From a virus: a stretch of DNA of 64,000 nt. Below are positions 28,514-38,282 of the stretch, piece after piece; position 1 is the stretch's first letter, and every line of letters starts with the position of its first letter. The DNA lies in the IMG/VR virus record IMGVR_UViG_3300027977_000009, one strand, 5' to 3'. Below the pieces are notes generated by a model. That model did no database searches and was not told the origin of the DNA. It saw nothing but the letters and a program-made list of their open reading frames with translations. The translations under genes were made by a program, and so were the position numbers.

Positions 28514-29647
28514 TTATCTCTGGACTGCACGATTGGCGGCGGTAAATCCGCTACGATTTACAAGTTTGATATCCCCCTGCGGATCTGCGATGACGTACCC
28601 CTCCCCGCCAGGTTGGCCTGCGGTCTTGGCTTTGATGCTACTACTCTTATCGAGTTGCACAATAATATCATTCTTTACATTCATTATGCCTGCAACCAAT
28701 GTCCATAATGCTTGCCAGCCCGTAAGATTATCAGATATATGCTGGATTATTTTAGCTTGCTTGACAGTACTTACTTTACTGGATGCTAACCATTGTTGGA
28801 AATCAGCGCCGATATTGGTTAGACCCGTGTCTACTTTGCTATTCACGTAAGTATAGAGTATGTTAGCAAAATCACTTATCTTCTTTTCACGCAACTCACT
28901 ATCATCCAACAACATATCGATATCGCGTCCGTGTGCACGAGCGATTGACATCAGTTTGTTAGTTGCTTTGTTATCTACCTGCGGTGGTTGTTCTACTGTT
29001 ACTGGCGGAACTACTAATAGTTCTCCACTACGCAATATTTTACCGTCCGTCAATGGGCTTTCGTTGCCCATTTCATCAATCTGACGGTGTATTACTACAC
29101 CTACTTTAGATTGACCGATCTGTTTACCTAATATAGAGTTAGTAGGAACATAATATTCTACTACATTGGGCTTGAATACATAATGTCCATTAACTACAGG
29201 CGGAGTATTGAAATACAACAAGTCACCTTTGAAGTAACCTCTATAATCTTTAGGAACCGCTCTAGCGAATATGTCAAATACGTTCTGCATATTCGTAGCG
29301 AAGTTCACATAACTAGGATTCTCTCTGTTCTTGCCGCCCGACCTGTTCAAGAACATGTTCTTTAAGTCGTTACCTGATTTAGCTTTGCCGTCATACCCTC
29401 TGGCAGTGAATCCACTTTTGTCAGTAAAGATGAACTCTCCATTGTCATCTCTACCAAAAATAACAGCGGGGCTTCCATCCCACTTGACAGTAGTAGCTTT
29501 GTTGCCACCTTTCTCCATGTTGATTAGACTTTGGATGGCACGAACTGCTCCTTTGCTGCCTTCCCAAAAGAGTATATCTTCCGCATGCTGGATTCTAGCA
29601 GATTCTAATAATACATGCGACTCATTGATAATCTCTCTAATCTTCAT
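28514..29647 (-). CDS. Ligase-like (covalent nucleotidyltransferase-type) phage protein
   Basis: TVKWDGSPA (KxDG), GEGYV and IKLVNR resemble ligase motifs I, IV and V. Confidence 0.55.
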   Translation of the reverse strand: MKIREIINESHVLLESARIQHAEDILFWEGSKGAVRAIQSLINMEKGGNKATTVKWDGSPAVIFGRDDNGEFIFTDKSGFTARGYDGKAKSGNDLKNMFLNRSGGKNRENPSYVNFATNMQNVFDIFARAVPKDYRGYFKGDLLYFNTPPVVNGHYVFKPNVVEYYVPTNSILGKQIGQSKVGVVIHRQIDEMGNESPLTDGKILRSGELLVVPPVTVEQPPQVDNKATNKLMSIARAHGRDIDMLLDDSELREKKISDFANILYTYVNSKVDTGLTNIGADFQQWLASSKVSTVKQAKIIQHISDNLTGWQALWTLVAGIMNVKNDIIVQLDKSSSIKAKTAGQPGGEGYVIADPQGDIKLVNRSGFTAANRAVQR

Positions 29648-30513
29648 AATATAGTATCCAGCAATATCCTAAACCATTCAGTAGAACCTATCTTAGCTTC
29701 TGATAGATCGGGCTTGATGTCATCTGGAACGCCCGCGTCTTTGACTACCGAGTTGTTTGCGAAATCTTTTAGTATTTTCTTGACTAGTTCAGGTGGATAA
29801 TTCTTGTCCATTGCCTTATGTAATGTCTCATATGAATATAAGTCATCTGCGTCGTCTAGTTTAAGTACTTTGGCGATCTCGTCTGGATTCTTATAGGGCC
29901 CATCGATGATCTTGTTGATGTTTTTCTTTGTGTAGCCGTCACCTTTTTTATTGGGTTCAGGTGTTCTCTTAACTCTGACTAGTCCATCGGATGAACTCCA
30001 CATATATCGTTCAGATTGAAGTGACCTACCATCTGGTATTTTTTCTTCAGAATCTTTGCGATCAAGAAATGCAGCGATTGTTGAAATCAAGATGTTTCGA
30101 TAAACTCCTTTATATTTCGAGTCTTTCTCGTGCGGAGCATGATAGAATGTTTTCATCCAACCCGGATCGCCGGGCATAAAATCAACTTGAACAAATCCCG
30201 TGCGTGGTTTTCCAGGCGTTTCTTTCTCAGGATCGTAATCAGCAATTTTAACTTTAGTCATGATCACCGAACTTTTAGCAAGTTCCATGATCTCAGGAAT
30301 GGACTTTAGTTTCTCAACAAAGGCAGGAATATCATCTGGTTTGATATCGATAGCGACATCGATGTCACCCGAGAATTGCTTTTTACCAACACTACCCAGA
30401 GTGTTATTACGCAAATCTATGCCTAATACTTTTTCCAATGACTTAAGAGTAGGTTCGATCTCACTAATATGAATCGCACCGACTCCGGGCATCGAGCCGC
30501 CTTCTGTAAGCAT
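29644..30513 (-). CDS. Pol-beta superfamily nucleotidyltransferase
   Basis: LGSVGKKQFSGDIDVAID (GS...DxD) and a third Asp in VQVDFM. Confidence 0.75.
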   Translation of the reverse strand: MLTEGGSMPGVGAIHISEIEPTLKSLEKVLGIDLRNNTLGSVGKKQFSGDIDVAIDIKPDDIPAFVEKLKSIPEIMELAKSSVIMTKVKIADYDPEKETPGKPRTGFVQVDFMPGDPGWMKTFYHAPHEKDSKYKGVYRNILISTIAAFLDRKDSEEKIPDGRSLQSERYMWSSSDGLVRVKRTPEPNKKGDGYTKKNINKIIDGPYKNPDEIAKVLKLDDADDLYSYETLHKAMDKNYPPELVKKILKDFANNSVVKDAGVPDDIKPDLSEAKIGSTEWFRILLDTIL

Positions 30514-30516
30514 AAT

Positions 30517-31143
30517 TTATCCTGTAATATTAATTGGGTTTAAAGCTCTAACTAATTCATTATAAGCTTGGGGATTACTCTTGCTCAAGTTGTCAAGTTC
30601 AGTTTTAATCTTTTCTACAGATGCGAGTTCTTGTTGTTGAGCTTTTGTGAATTCTGGAGGAGCGCCCGCCGGCGCTCTTCCTTTGTTGACGCTAATTAAT
30701 GCTAGTCCAACTCTTGCTAAAGTCGTGAGATTTTCTTTTACGTTTTTAGGATATTCATCCTGTAATTTTTTGAGATTTTGTTGAACAACCGTTTTGCTCG
30801 ATTCCCAATTTACCCCGTACATATAATGAGCGAACCAATCCATCATAAAATCACTGATTGTTCTTAGTTCTGTTTCTTCGTTAATATTAATAATACTTTC
30901 GAGGACATGATTCATCATGTCATACCTCGATTCGGTTGGGATGGTTGATTTTGCGTTTGGATCAATCAATCCGCCTTTGATGCCGTTGTTCAATGAAGTT
31001 GCTGCGTCTCCTACAAAATCTTTGATAAAAATATCCTGAATCATCTGAGACTTGATTGTGGTTCCGGGCTGACCTTTACTTCTAAATGCCGCAGCGCCTA
31101 CGTCTCCGATTACGTTGTGTAATCCTATTTCATTAATTTTCAT
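30517..31143 (-). CDS. Hypothetical, possibly internal head protein
   Basis: 208 aa, MKINEI N-terminus. Confidence 0.5.
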   Translation of the reverse strand: MKINEIGLHNVIGDVGAAAFRSKGQPGTTIKSQMIQDIFIKDFVGDAATSLNNGIKGGLIDPNAKSTIPTESRYDMMNHVLESIININEETELRTISDFMMDWFAHYMYGVNWESSKTVVQQNLKKLQDEYPKNVKENLTTLARVGLALISVNKGRAPAGAPPEFTKAQQQELASVEKIKTELDNLSKSNPQAYNELVRALNPINITG

Positions 31144-31378
31144 TTTTCTTCCTTAAGCTTTTGGAAAATCTTGCCTGATCCTTCCCTCGGATAGCACTAA
31201 GCAATTTCTTTTCGAGTAGTTCTGCTTTTTCAGGAGAATAATTACGCTGCATTAGTTCTATCAAGTTGATAGCACTCGTGATGATATTAGATGCACGCGA
31301 TTCGATCACGTGATTGATATCACGAGTTTCACTATACGACTGCAACTCCTCGAGGAGGCTTTTTGTTTTTTTCTGCAT
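31133..31378 (-). CDS. Hypothetical phage protein
   Basis: 81-aa ORF; ATAAATA motif upstream. Confidence 0.55.
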   Translation of the reverse strand: MQKKTKSLLEELQSYSETRDINHVIESRASNIITSAINLIELMQRNYSPEKAELLEKKLLSAIRGKDQARFSKSLRKKNEN

Positions 31379-31423
31379 TGAGAGTAAAATCCTACTAACA
31401 GTATTTATTAAAAAGAAACAAAA

Positions 31424-32824
31424 TCATTTCTTAAGGGAATTCAATAGAGATTTTAATTTTGCGCTTTGAATGTCAGGAACTACTCGTTTTTCTTCAATAG
31501 ATGGGTGTGATATATCTATGCTCGTCCCGACACTGCTAGTATTCTTGATCTGACTCATGATCTGGCTTGCACTAGGCTGTGGCTTGCTATCACCTTCTGG
31601 GTCTTCATCAGTAATACGCATAGTTTCAATGTTATATTCTAAGTCAATCTTTTGACCTACACCAGTCGAACTACGAGATTTCATACACTGTATCTGGTAT
31701 TTACCGCGTTCGCGCATCGAGCGTGAAGTAAAGATACCAAACACATTATCAGCAGTATTGATCTTTGAGATACCACCTGCGATGTGACTATGATCAAACT
31801 CGATCTCTTCGACCGCCGAACGATTCAACTGTGACGCAGTTACCATGAGAACACCTAGTTCTTTCGCTAGGTTTCTAAGTTCTTCCGAGACATACTTATC
31901 TTTGATAAACTGATCGTTTGGATTGACTTTCACTGAGACTGGCATGACAAGATCAAGATAATCGATCATCACGAAGTCTACTTTGATACCGGTCTGAATC
32001 TGAACTTCTTTGAGATAGCTACGAATGTCGTTTACTGTGCTTTGTGCAGGCATACCCTTAACACGATATTTACCAGACTTCTTGCCCATCATCACGACCT
32101 TCAAGCCAGTCGTTTCAATGTCCTTGCGAATGTCTCTTGTACTCATGCTGGTTAACATCGCATCTGTGCGCAACGAAGTTAATTCTTCTGATAGTTCGAG
32201 ACTAACATACACTCCACTGAGGCCTCGCTGTAGCCAGTTTAAAGCGATGTTCATCATGACAAGTGACTTACCAGAACCAGAACCACCCGCAAAGATGTTC
32301 AACTCGCCGCGACTAAATCCACCGTACAACAGGCGATCCATCTGAGGCCAACCAGTACTGACTTGTCCACCTGCGTTGAAATACTTATGGATACGCTGTT
32401 TAGGATCAGCAAAGTAATCAGTACCCATATCCCTCTGGAGGCTGATCTGAACCGCGTCTTTAATCAGTTTCTCGACTGGATCGAATTCTCCCTTCTCAAG
32501 CATGTCGGCTGCTTTGAGGATAGCTCGTTCAAGCTCTTGGCGTTTTGTGAATGATTCAAATTCTTCCAAGAACCAATCGTAGTGCCCCTCATCTAGTTCA
32601 GGGATAGTATCGATAGTTGTTCCGGTCGTTGCTTTGATCTGCAAGGGATCAGGCATCACGCTATACTTTGTAGAATGTTCTACTATGAATTCTGCAACGG
32701 GCCGAAGCGTACGATCAAAATTTGCTGGATTCATGATATTCATAACACGAGTGTATAGGTCTGCATTTGTAACCATCATTCTTAAGAATAGTTCTTGCAC
32801 GTCTGCGTTAAAGTTTTTTATCAT
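31424..32824 (-). CDS. Replicative DNA helicase (DnaB/T4 gp41-like)
   Basis: GGSGSGKS, SLELSE, IDYLDL, TASQLNRSA, MKSR. Confidence 0.92.
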   Translation of the reverse strand: MIKNFNADVQELFLRMMVTNADLYTRVMNIMNPANFDRTLRPVAEFIVEHSTKYSVMPDPLQIKATTGTTIDTIPELDEGHYDWFLEEFESFTKRQELERAILKAADMLEKGEFDPVEKLIKDAVQISLQRDMGTDYFADPKQRIHKYFNAGGQVSTGWPQMDRLLYGGFSRGELNIFAGGSGSGKSLVMMNIALNWLQRGLSGVYVSLELSEELTSLRTDAMLTSMSTRDIRKDIETTGLKVVMMGKKSGKYRVKGMPAQSTVNDIRSYLKEVQIQTGIKVDFVMIDYLDLVMPVSVKVNPNDQFIKDKYVSEELRNLAKELGVLMVTASQLNRSAVEEIEFDHSHIAGGISKINTADNVFGIFTSRSMRERGKYQIQCMKSRSSTGVGQKIDLEYNIETMRITDEDPEGDSKPQPSASQIMSQIKNTSSVGTSIDISHPSIEEKRVVPDIQSAKLKSLLNSLKK

Positions 32825-33779
32825 GTTTTCTTTTCGCCATTTCTATTTTGATTTTACTGCTTGTCGCATTTTGTAAGATAGATAAAAGTGTTGGTAGCTT
32901 ACCATATTTTAGTACGGCATCATTAACATCTTTTACTCCTGAGCCCCAGTCTGGAATAGACACTTGAAAACCGAACTCTAATGCTTGTTCGCATATCAGT
33001 AATCCTGTTTTATCCTGATCAGGGACGACGATGACTCGTCTATTAAGTTTACGTATAAGTCCTGCTTGTTCTTCACTAATTGTGTTGTGTGTAAGTGCTA
33101 ATGCGTTAAGAGATAGTGCATCGAATATGCCTTCAACTACGATACATATTTCCCAGTTTGGTTTCTGCAAATCATATCCAAACACGAAACCAGGTTGTTG
33201 ATCTTTAATAAATTTGGGCGCGCGGTTGTCGAGATAACGACTAGTATGTCCTACTATCTTGTTCTTGTACGTATAGGGAATGATGATTCTATTACTATTT
33301 CTTCCATAGTCATCTGGAGTAACCATGAACGGATAATCCGTAGCTTTCAGTCCCCTACTGTTTATATAATCTACAAATGGTTTATGCTTTGGATTATTCT
33401 CGTCTAATAGTTCAGCTACAGGAAGAGGAACTTCGTTGAATTTGAGATTGATTTTTTGCTTGGCTTCTGTAACATATTCGATCAAATCCTTATGTCGTAG
33501 GTTTTCTAGATTCCATCTGGTAATCTGATTCTCATCGATACCTAACCAACCAAGGAACTGTTTGGTCACAATCGAAAATTGTCTACCTAATATAAAGCTA
33601 CACTTAAAATCACAGTTGAAGCAATGAAAGGTCCAATTTTCACCATGGTGTTTAATGCCGCCGCGCATTCTTGTGTCAACACTATGTCCGCGATGATGAC
33701 AGCAAGGAGCATTGAAGCTATACCAGCCATCTTGTGTACGCTTTTTCTTGCCTTGAATAAGTGTCAGGACATCAAACAT
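32808..33779 (-). CDS. DNA primase (T4 gp61-like)
   Basis: N-terminal zinc motif (PCCH...HCFNC); TOPRIM motifs VEGIFDA, PDQD and KDVND. Confidence 0.88.
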   Translation of the reverse strand: MFDVLTLIQGKKKRTQDGWYSFNAPCCHHRGHSVDTRMRGGIKHHGENWTFHCFNCDFKCSFILGRQFSIVTKQFLGWLGIDENQITRWNLENLRHKDLIEYVTEAKQKINLKFNEVPLPVAELLDENNPKHKPFVDYINSRGLKATDYPFMVTPDDYGRNSNRIIIPYTYKNKIVGHTSRYLDNRAPKFIKDQQPGFVFGYDLQKPNWEICIVVEGIFDALSLNALALTHNTISEEQAGLIRKLNRRVIVVPDQDKTGLLICEQALEFGFQVSIPDWGSGVKDVNDAVLKYGKLPTLLSILQNATSSKIKIEMAKRKHDKKL

Positions 33780-33826
33780 AGTCTATTGTAACATATTTGA
33801 TATGAAACTCAAGTATTACGGTTAAG

Positions 33827-34606
33827 CTATCTAGCCAAAATCTTTGTAACTTCGCCTGAATCAGATTCGAATACCATTCTTACGAATGGATGATAACCCC
33901 TGATAGTATATCCAACCGTGTCACTCGTATTGGCGTAGTAATCGTCAGTTATCGGGTACCAGTCAGTGTCTGGCTGACAGGATCCTTCAATTAACACATT
34001 GCCGTTGTATTCGTTGAATGTAGTTTGGATCGTAAGAATTGGATTATCCTGAGTATTGATTACACTGCTGTAGTATGAACGTGCATTAGCTGGTAATGTC
34101 CACTCGGTTTGGTTATTGAGATTGGGGAAAGGTTGACCAGTTGGAATGGTAATGTTGGATGACGGCACGAACGACGGGAGAACTGAGTCAACTACATTCA
34201 AATCACCGCGCGCTCCTGCGTTCTGATCTACGAATACTGGATAGTTAAACGCACCGACAGGAATCTCTAATGAATAATAGCATTTCTGAGCAGGGATGTC
34301 TTCAACTTCCGCAGCGTTAAGTTCAAGTGCTGCGATTCCAGTCAATGCTAATTGCAAATTAAGAGCTTTTTGAATAAGAACTTCGGTGCCGTCAGAGTTG
34401 ATGATTCTGCAAATTATTTCCTTGCCAGTGATGTCAACGGGTTTTTGCTCACTGTTGAGGAACTGGAAGGTTAACCTATTATCTACCCCCCTATGGAGTG
34501 TCAGAGGCTTGCTATACACGGGTAAATATATCCTTCTTGAGTTGCCGGTGTTAACAATAACAATCTGCCTCTGAACGTAAACAAATACTGATGTAGAGTA
34601 GGACAT
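33827..34606 (-). CDS. Probable virion structural protein
   Basis: 259-aa beta-rich ORF; GATAAATA upstream at 34634-34641. Confidence 0.55.
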   Translation of the reverse strand: MSYSTSVFVYVQRQIVIVNTGNSRRIYLPVYSKPLTLHRGVDNRLTFQFLNSEQKPVDITGKEIICRIINSDGTEVLIQKALNLQLALTGIAALELNAAEVEDIPAQKCYYSLEIPVGAFNYPVFVDQNAGARGDLNVVDSVLPSFVPSSNITIPTGQPFPNLNNQTEWTLPANARSYYSSVINTQDNPILTIQTTFNEYNGNVLIEGSCQPDTDWYPITDDYYANTSDTVGYTIRGYHPFVRMVFESDSGEVTKILAR

Positions 34607-34719
34607 ATTATATTAATCACCTTTGTCGTCTAATATTTATCATCGGGAGATAAATAAAGATGTAGTTCGCGGGAGTACGAATCCCCAACTACTCTAATGC
34701 TATAGAAGGAAACATCAGC

Positions 34720-35562
34720 ATGACTATTTATTATGTGTACGCATACCTACGCAAAAGTGACAACACCCCTTACTATATAGGAAAAGGCAAAGATAAACGA
34801 GCATATGATCCGAATCATGCTGTTCCTGTTCCCAAAGATAAATCCAAAATCATATTCCTTGAACGAAACTTAACCGAACTCGGAGCATTGGCTATTGAAC
34901 GCAGAATGATTCGTTGGTATGGTAGAAAAGATATAGGAACCGGTATACTTCGTAACCGAACTGACGGTGGCGAGGGTACATCCGGACGAATCAACAACTA
35001 TGGTTTATTAGGAGATAAAAACCCTAGTTATGATCAAAAAGTGTACACCTTTTATCATGTCAACGGTAAGATTGAAGAATCTACCCAGTACGATTTTCGG
35101 ATCAAATATAAATTAAACGGGGGAAATCTCAGTGAAGTTATTCACGGCAAACAACCGTCAGTAAAAGGATGGAGGATTACACCTGAAACACAGCATAATG
35201 CTTTAGGAATGAACCACCCGAGCTTTCATAAAGTACACACGTTTTACCACGAATCCGGCGTTGAAGAAACTTGCGGAAAACTAGAGTTATCTAATCAATA
35301 TGGATTATCCCTTAAAGTAATCAGTAGTCTTATACGCGGTGATATAAAGACATGTTGTGGATGGCGAATGAGCAGAAATACCTCAGTACATGGTAAGGTG
35401 GACACCGCATTGTATAATTTTGTACATACTGATGGTACTGAAAAGCACTGCACAAAGAAAGAACTAATAGATTCATTTGACATCCCTAGAAGTACATTAA
35501 ATGCGGTAATAAGAGGTGAACGCGGGTACGTTTCAGCAAAGGGTTGGAAAGTCGTTAACTAA
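34720..35562 (+). CDS. GIY-YIG homing endonuclease-like protein
   Basis: YYVYAYLR...PYYIGKG...R, E...I..YGR...[10 protein letters not shown], then three repeated HTH-like modules each ending in GW. Confidence 0.8.
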   Translation: MTIYYVYAYLRKSDNTPYYIGKGKDKRAYDPNHAVPVPKDKSKIIFLERNLTELGALAIERRMIRWYGRKDIGTGILRNRTDGGEGTSGRINNYGLLGDKNPSYDQKVYTFYHVNGKIEESTQYDFRIKYKLNGGNLSEVIHGKQPSVKGWRITPETQHNALGMNHPSFHKVHTFYHESGVEETCGKLELSNQYGLSLKVISSLIRGDIKTCCGWRMSRNTSVHGKVDTALYNFVHTDGTEKHCTKKELIDSFDIPRSTLNAVIRGERGYVSAKGWKVVN

Positions 35563-35616
35563 CCCTATAATATGAAAATATTAACTTTGGGCAATTTGGT
35601 GTAAATATACTTTAGC

Positions 35617-35997
35617 ATGAACGCAAACGATTTTTTTAAGAAACTAAACGAAAATTACCCGTTTATAACGGTCTGTTCCTATGCCCAACAAGACTATGTT
35701 GGCATCATTCAGAATCGAGATTATGTGGTCACTACTATGTATGACTATGGTTCGTTAGCTCTCCCTGAACTAAGAACGAAATTCTTAGAATTGGGTGAAG
35801 TTTGGTGGTGGGAATCAAATAGAACGATCCCCATCAACATATTCTTGAAAGATGAATGGGCTATCTTTAAACCTTATATTCGTACTTTTAACAACAAGAG
35901 TTTAGATATCGTCTATGGCCCAGTCGTTAGTATGACAGATTTCACGAAAAAACGAGCGAAACGCAAAAGCGTTATGTTCATTAAACGGATGCCTTAA
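35617..35997 (+). CDS. Hypothetical phage protein
   Basis: 126-aa ORF containing WWWESNRTIPINIFL. Confidence 0.6.
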   Translation: MNANDFFKKLNENYPFITVCSYAQQDYVGIIQNRDYVVTTMYDYGSLALPELRTKFLELGEVWWWESNRTIPINIFLKDEWAIFKPYIRTFNNKSLDIVYGPVVSMTDFTKKRAKRKSVMFIKRMP

Positions 35998-36490
35998 TTA
36001 CCTTTGCTAAACTTTTCTTGCGTTTCTCTTTAGCCATCTTCATACTTAAATTTCCTACCCTTTGATCGAACGTTACCCCAAGCAAGTGATCATACTCATG
36101 CAGGAACACCCGTGCCTCTAATCCAGCAAGTTCACGTTCAACAATCTGACCACTGACATCTTGATATTGCACGATGCACTCGGTTGGGCGCTTTACCTTC
36201 AACCAAAGATTAGGAAAACTCAAACAGCCTTCTATATCTACTTCACGCTGTTCAGATAGACCAACAATTTTTGGATTAATGCACACGACTAGTTTAATGA
36301 AGTTGCCCATGACAAAAATACGCTTGCTGATGCCGCATTGTGGCGCGGCAAGTCCGACTCCGCCATTAATAGTCAATGTTTTGACCATTTCGCTTACGAG
36401 TTCTTCGGGGCTGCCATCCACTTCAAAATCCCACGGCGACGAGACTTCTAACAGTTGTGGATCATTTTCGTTAAGTAGTTCTAAATTCAT
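35981..36490 (-). CDS. def: Peptide deformylase
   Basis: GVGLAAPQ, EGCLS and HEYDHL motifs. Confidence 0.95.
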   Translation of the reverse strand: MNLELLNENDPQLLEVSSPWDFEVDGSPEELVSEMVKTLTINGGVGLAAPQCGISKRIFVMGNFIKLVVCINPKIVGLSEQREVDIEGCLSFPNLWLKVKRPTECIVQYQDVSGQIVERELAGLEARVFLHEYDHLLGVTFDQRVGNLSMKMAKEKRKKSLAKVIKASV

Positions 36491-36512
36491 CGTGTTCTTC
36501 TTTAAATGTTAT

Positions 36513-37091
36513 TTATAATTCTATGTTTTCTGCTAAAAGATTAAGATGAACTACAACCAACATTGCGTAGGCAAGGCTATGCGAACGCTTAAAATGGTAG
36601 CCAGTATCATCTTTATCCCAGACGGTTTCGTTGATCTCTTTCCAAGACTTGTTTAATAGATGTCGTTTTGCAGGTCTGATTACTGCTAGAAACATCGCTA
36701 GTCTAGGAATAGAATCTATGGGTTCCGGCATTCGTCTGATTGTATTATATTGATTACCTAGGTGTATCAGTTGCTCGACAACTTTCCTATTTTTCAACAT
36801 TGACCAATCTGGTTCTTGCATCAAGTTAATCAGATGTTCTTCGTCACGAACTAGATTGTAGACATGAACATTTAGTAAATCTAGTTTAAAATATCCACGA
36901 TCTTCGGCTTCTTTGTAATCAAGAGATGACATATCATAAGTAGGGTCATATGGTATATCAGTGATATATACACCACTAGGATGCTTCCTAATAGGAGTTA
37001 CATTGCGCATCGACGCAGGAATATATTTGATCAAGCCAAGTATCTTGTCACGGTCGCCGGTGTCAATGTCAACGTCTGAATCAATTCTCAT
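36513..37091 (-). CDS. dnaE: DNA polymerase III alpha (DnaE)-like fragment, catalytic palm and fingers
   Basis: SDVDID (DxD), KHPSGV, FKLDLL and GYHFKRSHSLAYA match the DnaE motif order PDIDID, HAAG, KFDFLGL, YGFNKSH. Confidence 0.78.
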   Translation of the reverse strand: MRIDSDVDIDTGDRDKILGLIKYIPASMRNVTPIRKHPSGVYITDIPYDPTYDMSSLDYKEAEDRGYFKLDLLNVHVYNLVRDEEHLINLMQEPDWSMLKNRKVVEQLIHLGNQYNTIRRMPEPIDSIPRLAMFLAVIRPAKRHLLNKSWKEINETVWDKDDTGYHFKRSHSLAYAMLVVVHLNLLAENIEL

Positions 37092-37373
37092 CTATTTCCA
37101 TTTCAATAGAAACAAAACATACAACTTTTCGTCAACGATGTCAAACTTATCGGTAATCTTGTTATTAACAATATGCATCCTGAGACCATAGTTTCGTTCT
37201 ACATGCATACTGAAATCGTCAAGGTCGAAGTTTCTTACAAAGTCCTCGTCGATAGCCTCGAGGCGGACTTTCGTGATCATGTTCCAATAGTCCTGTCGTT
37301 TCTTGCGAAACTCGATATCAGGATCATCTGAGTCAAAGTCTTCGATGTTACTAGGAACATTCATTCTCATCAC
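37092..37373 (-). CDS. Small hypothetical protein
   Basis: 93 aa ending DEKLYVLFLLKWK. Confidence 0.55.
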   Translation of the reverse strand: MMRMNVPSNIEDFDSDDPDIEFRKKRQDYWNMITKVRLEAIDEDFVRNFDLDDFSMHVERNYGLRMHIVNNKITDKFDIVDEKLYVLFLLKWK

Positions 37374-37921
37374 TTGAGGTGAACAAAGCCTGCATTATAG
37401 AGTTTTTGATATGCACGCTGAACTACAATCGCTTGATGTTCAGCATCTTCTACTGCTTTGTGCGAGGTAACATGCCCACCGTCCTTGAGACTGACACCTG
37501 CAATATCATATATCGTGCGACAATCTCGAATAGCCCAAAACTGCCAGGGCACCCGCATCTCTAGGTCTTTGAAAGCCGACTCTGCGATCATGATGTCAAA
37601 CACAGATCCATTGGACCAGATATTCTTTTTGTTCCAACAGAACTTGTAAAGTTGTTCCATACATTCACGATAGCTAATACGATCACGGTCGCCCATCGCT
37701 TCGTTGATGGCTTCGGGACTCTGTTCACTCCACCAACGCAGGGTATCATCACTTATAGTGCGATTATATACATCGGTCTGCTCATCTATCGTAGGACGAA
37801 GTTCTAGGCGCTCAATAACACCAGAACCCATTGGGTCAAAAAGTACCGCACCGACAGTGAGAATAACAGTTGACGTAGCTGTGTCAAGCGTTTCCATGTC
37901 TAGCATGATGGCAGTAGCCAT
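37370..37921 (-). CDS. DEDDh 3'-5' exonuclease
   Basis: MLDMETL, WSNGSVFD, RDCRT, HKAVEDA. Confidence 0.85.
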   Translation of the reverse strand: MATAIMLDMETLDTATSTVILTVGAVLFDPMGSGVIERLELRPTIDEQTDVYNRTISDDTLRWWSEQSPEAINEAMGDRDRISYRECMEQLYKFCWNKKNIWSNGSVFDIMIAESAFKDLEMRVPWQFWAIRDCRTIYDIAGVSLKDGGHVTSHKAVEDAEHQAIVVQRAYQKLYNAGFVHLK

Positions 37922-37994
37922 ATAAAATATACCTTTCTTTTTAGTATATCATCATAATACACGATGATTTAGTGGATGTCAAGTACAAATAAAT

Positions 37995-38282
37995 CTATTC
38001 GCACAATTTATAGTGGGTATATGTCTTTTCATCTAATATGATGTAGCCGGATACTTTGAACCAATTGCCAAGATATCTCGGTTCCTTGTAATGGTCACGA
38101 CACCACTGCTCTAGCTTTTCGGCGGTTCTAGATATACGTTCCGATCCGATCGGAATGCGAATGAACAGTCTGTCTTCCCAAACACCATCTACATCAATCT
38201 TCTTCTTGATCTTCTGTGTCTGGGGCACTGCATCAATTATTTCATCTTGATAAGAAGTTAACCCCATACTAGTCTGAACCAT
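37995..38282 (-). CDS. Small hypothetical protein
   Basis: 95-aa ORF in a tightly packed array. Confidence 0.5.
   Translation of the reverse strand: MVQTSMGLTSYQDEIIDAVPQTQKIKKKIDVDGVWEDRLFIRIPIGSERISRTAEKLEQWCRDHYKEPRYLGNWFKVSGYIILDEKTYTHYKLCE

Noticed and set aside
31424-33779. Inteins in helicase or primase (also clamp loader and UvsW)
   Set aside because: Motifs are contiguous and lengths normal; no C...HN signatures.
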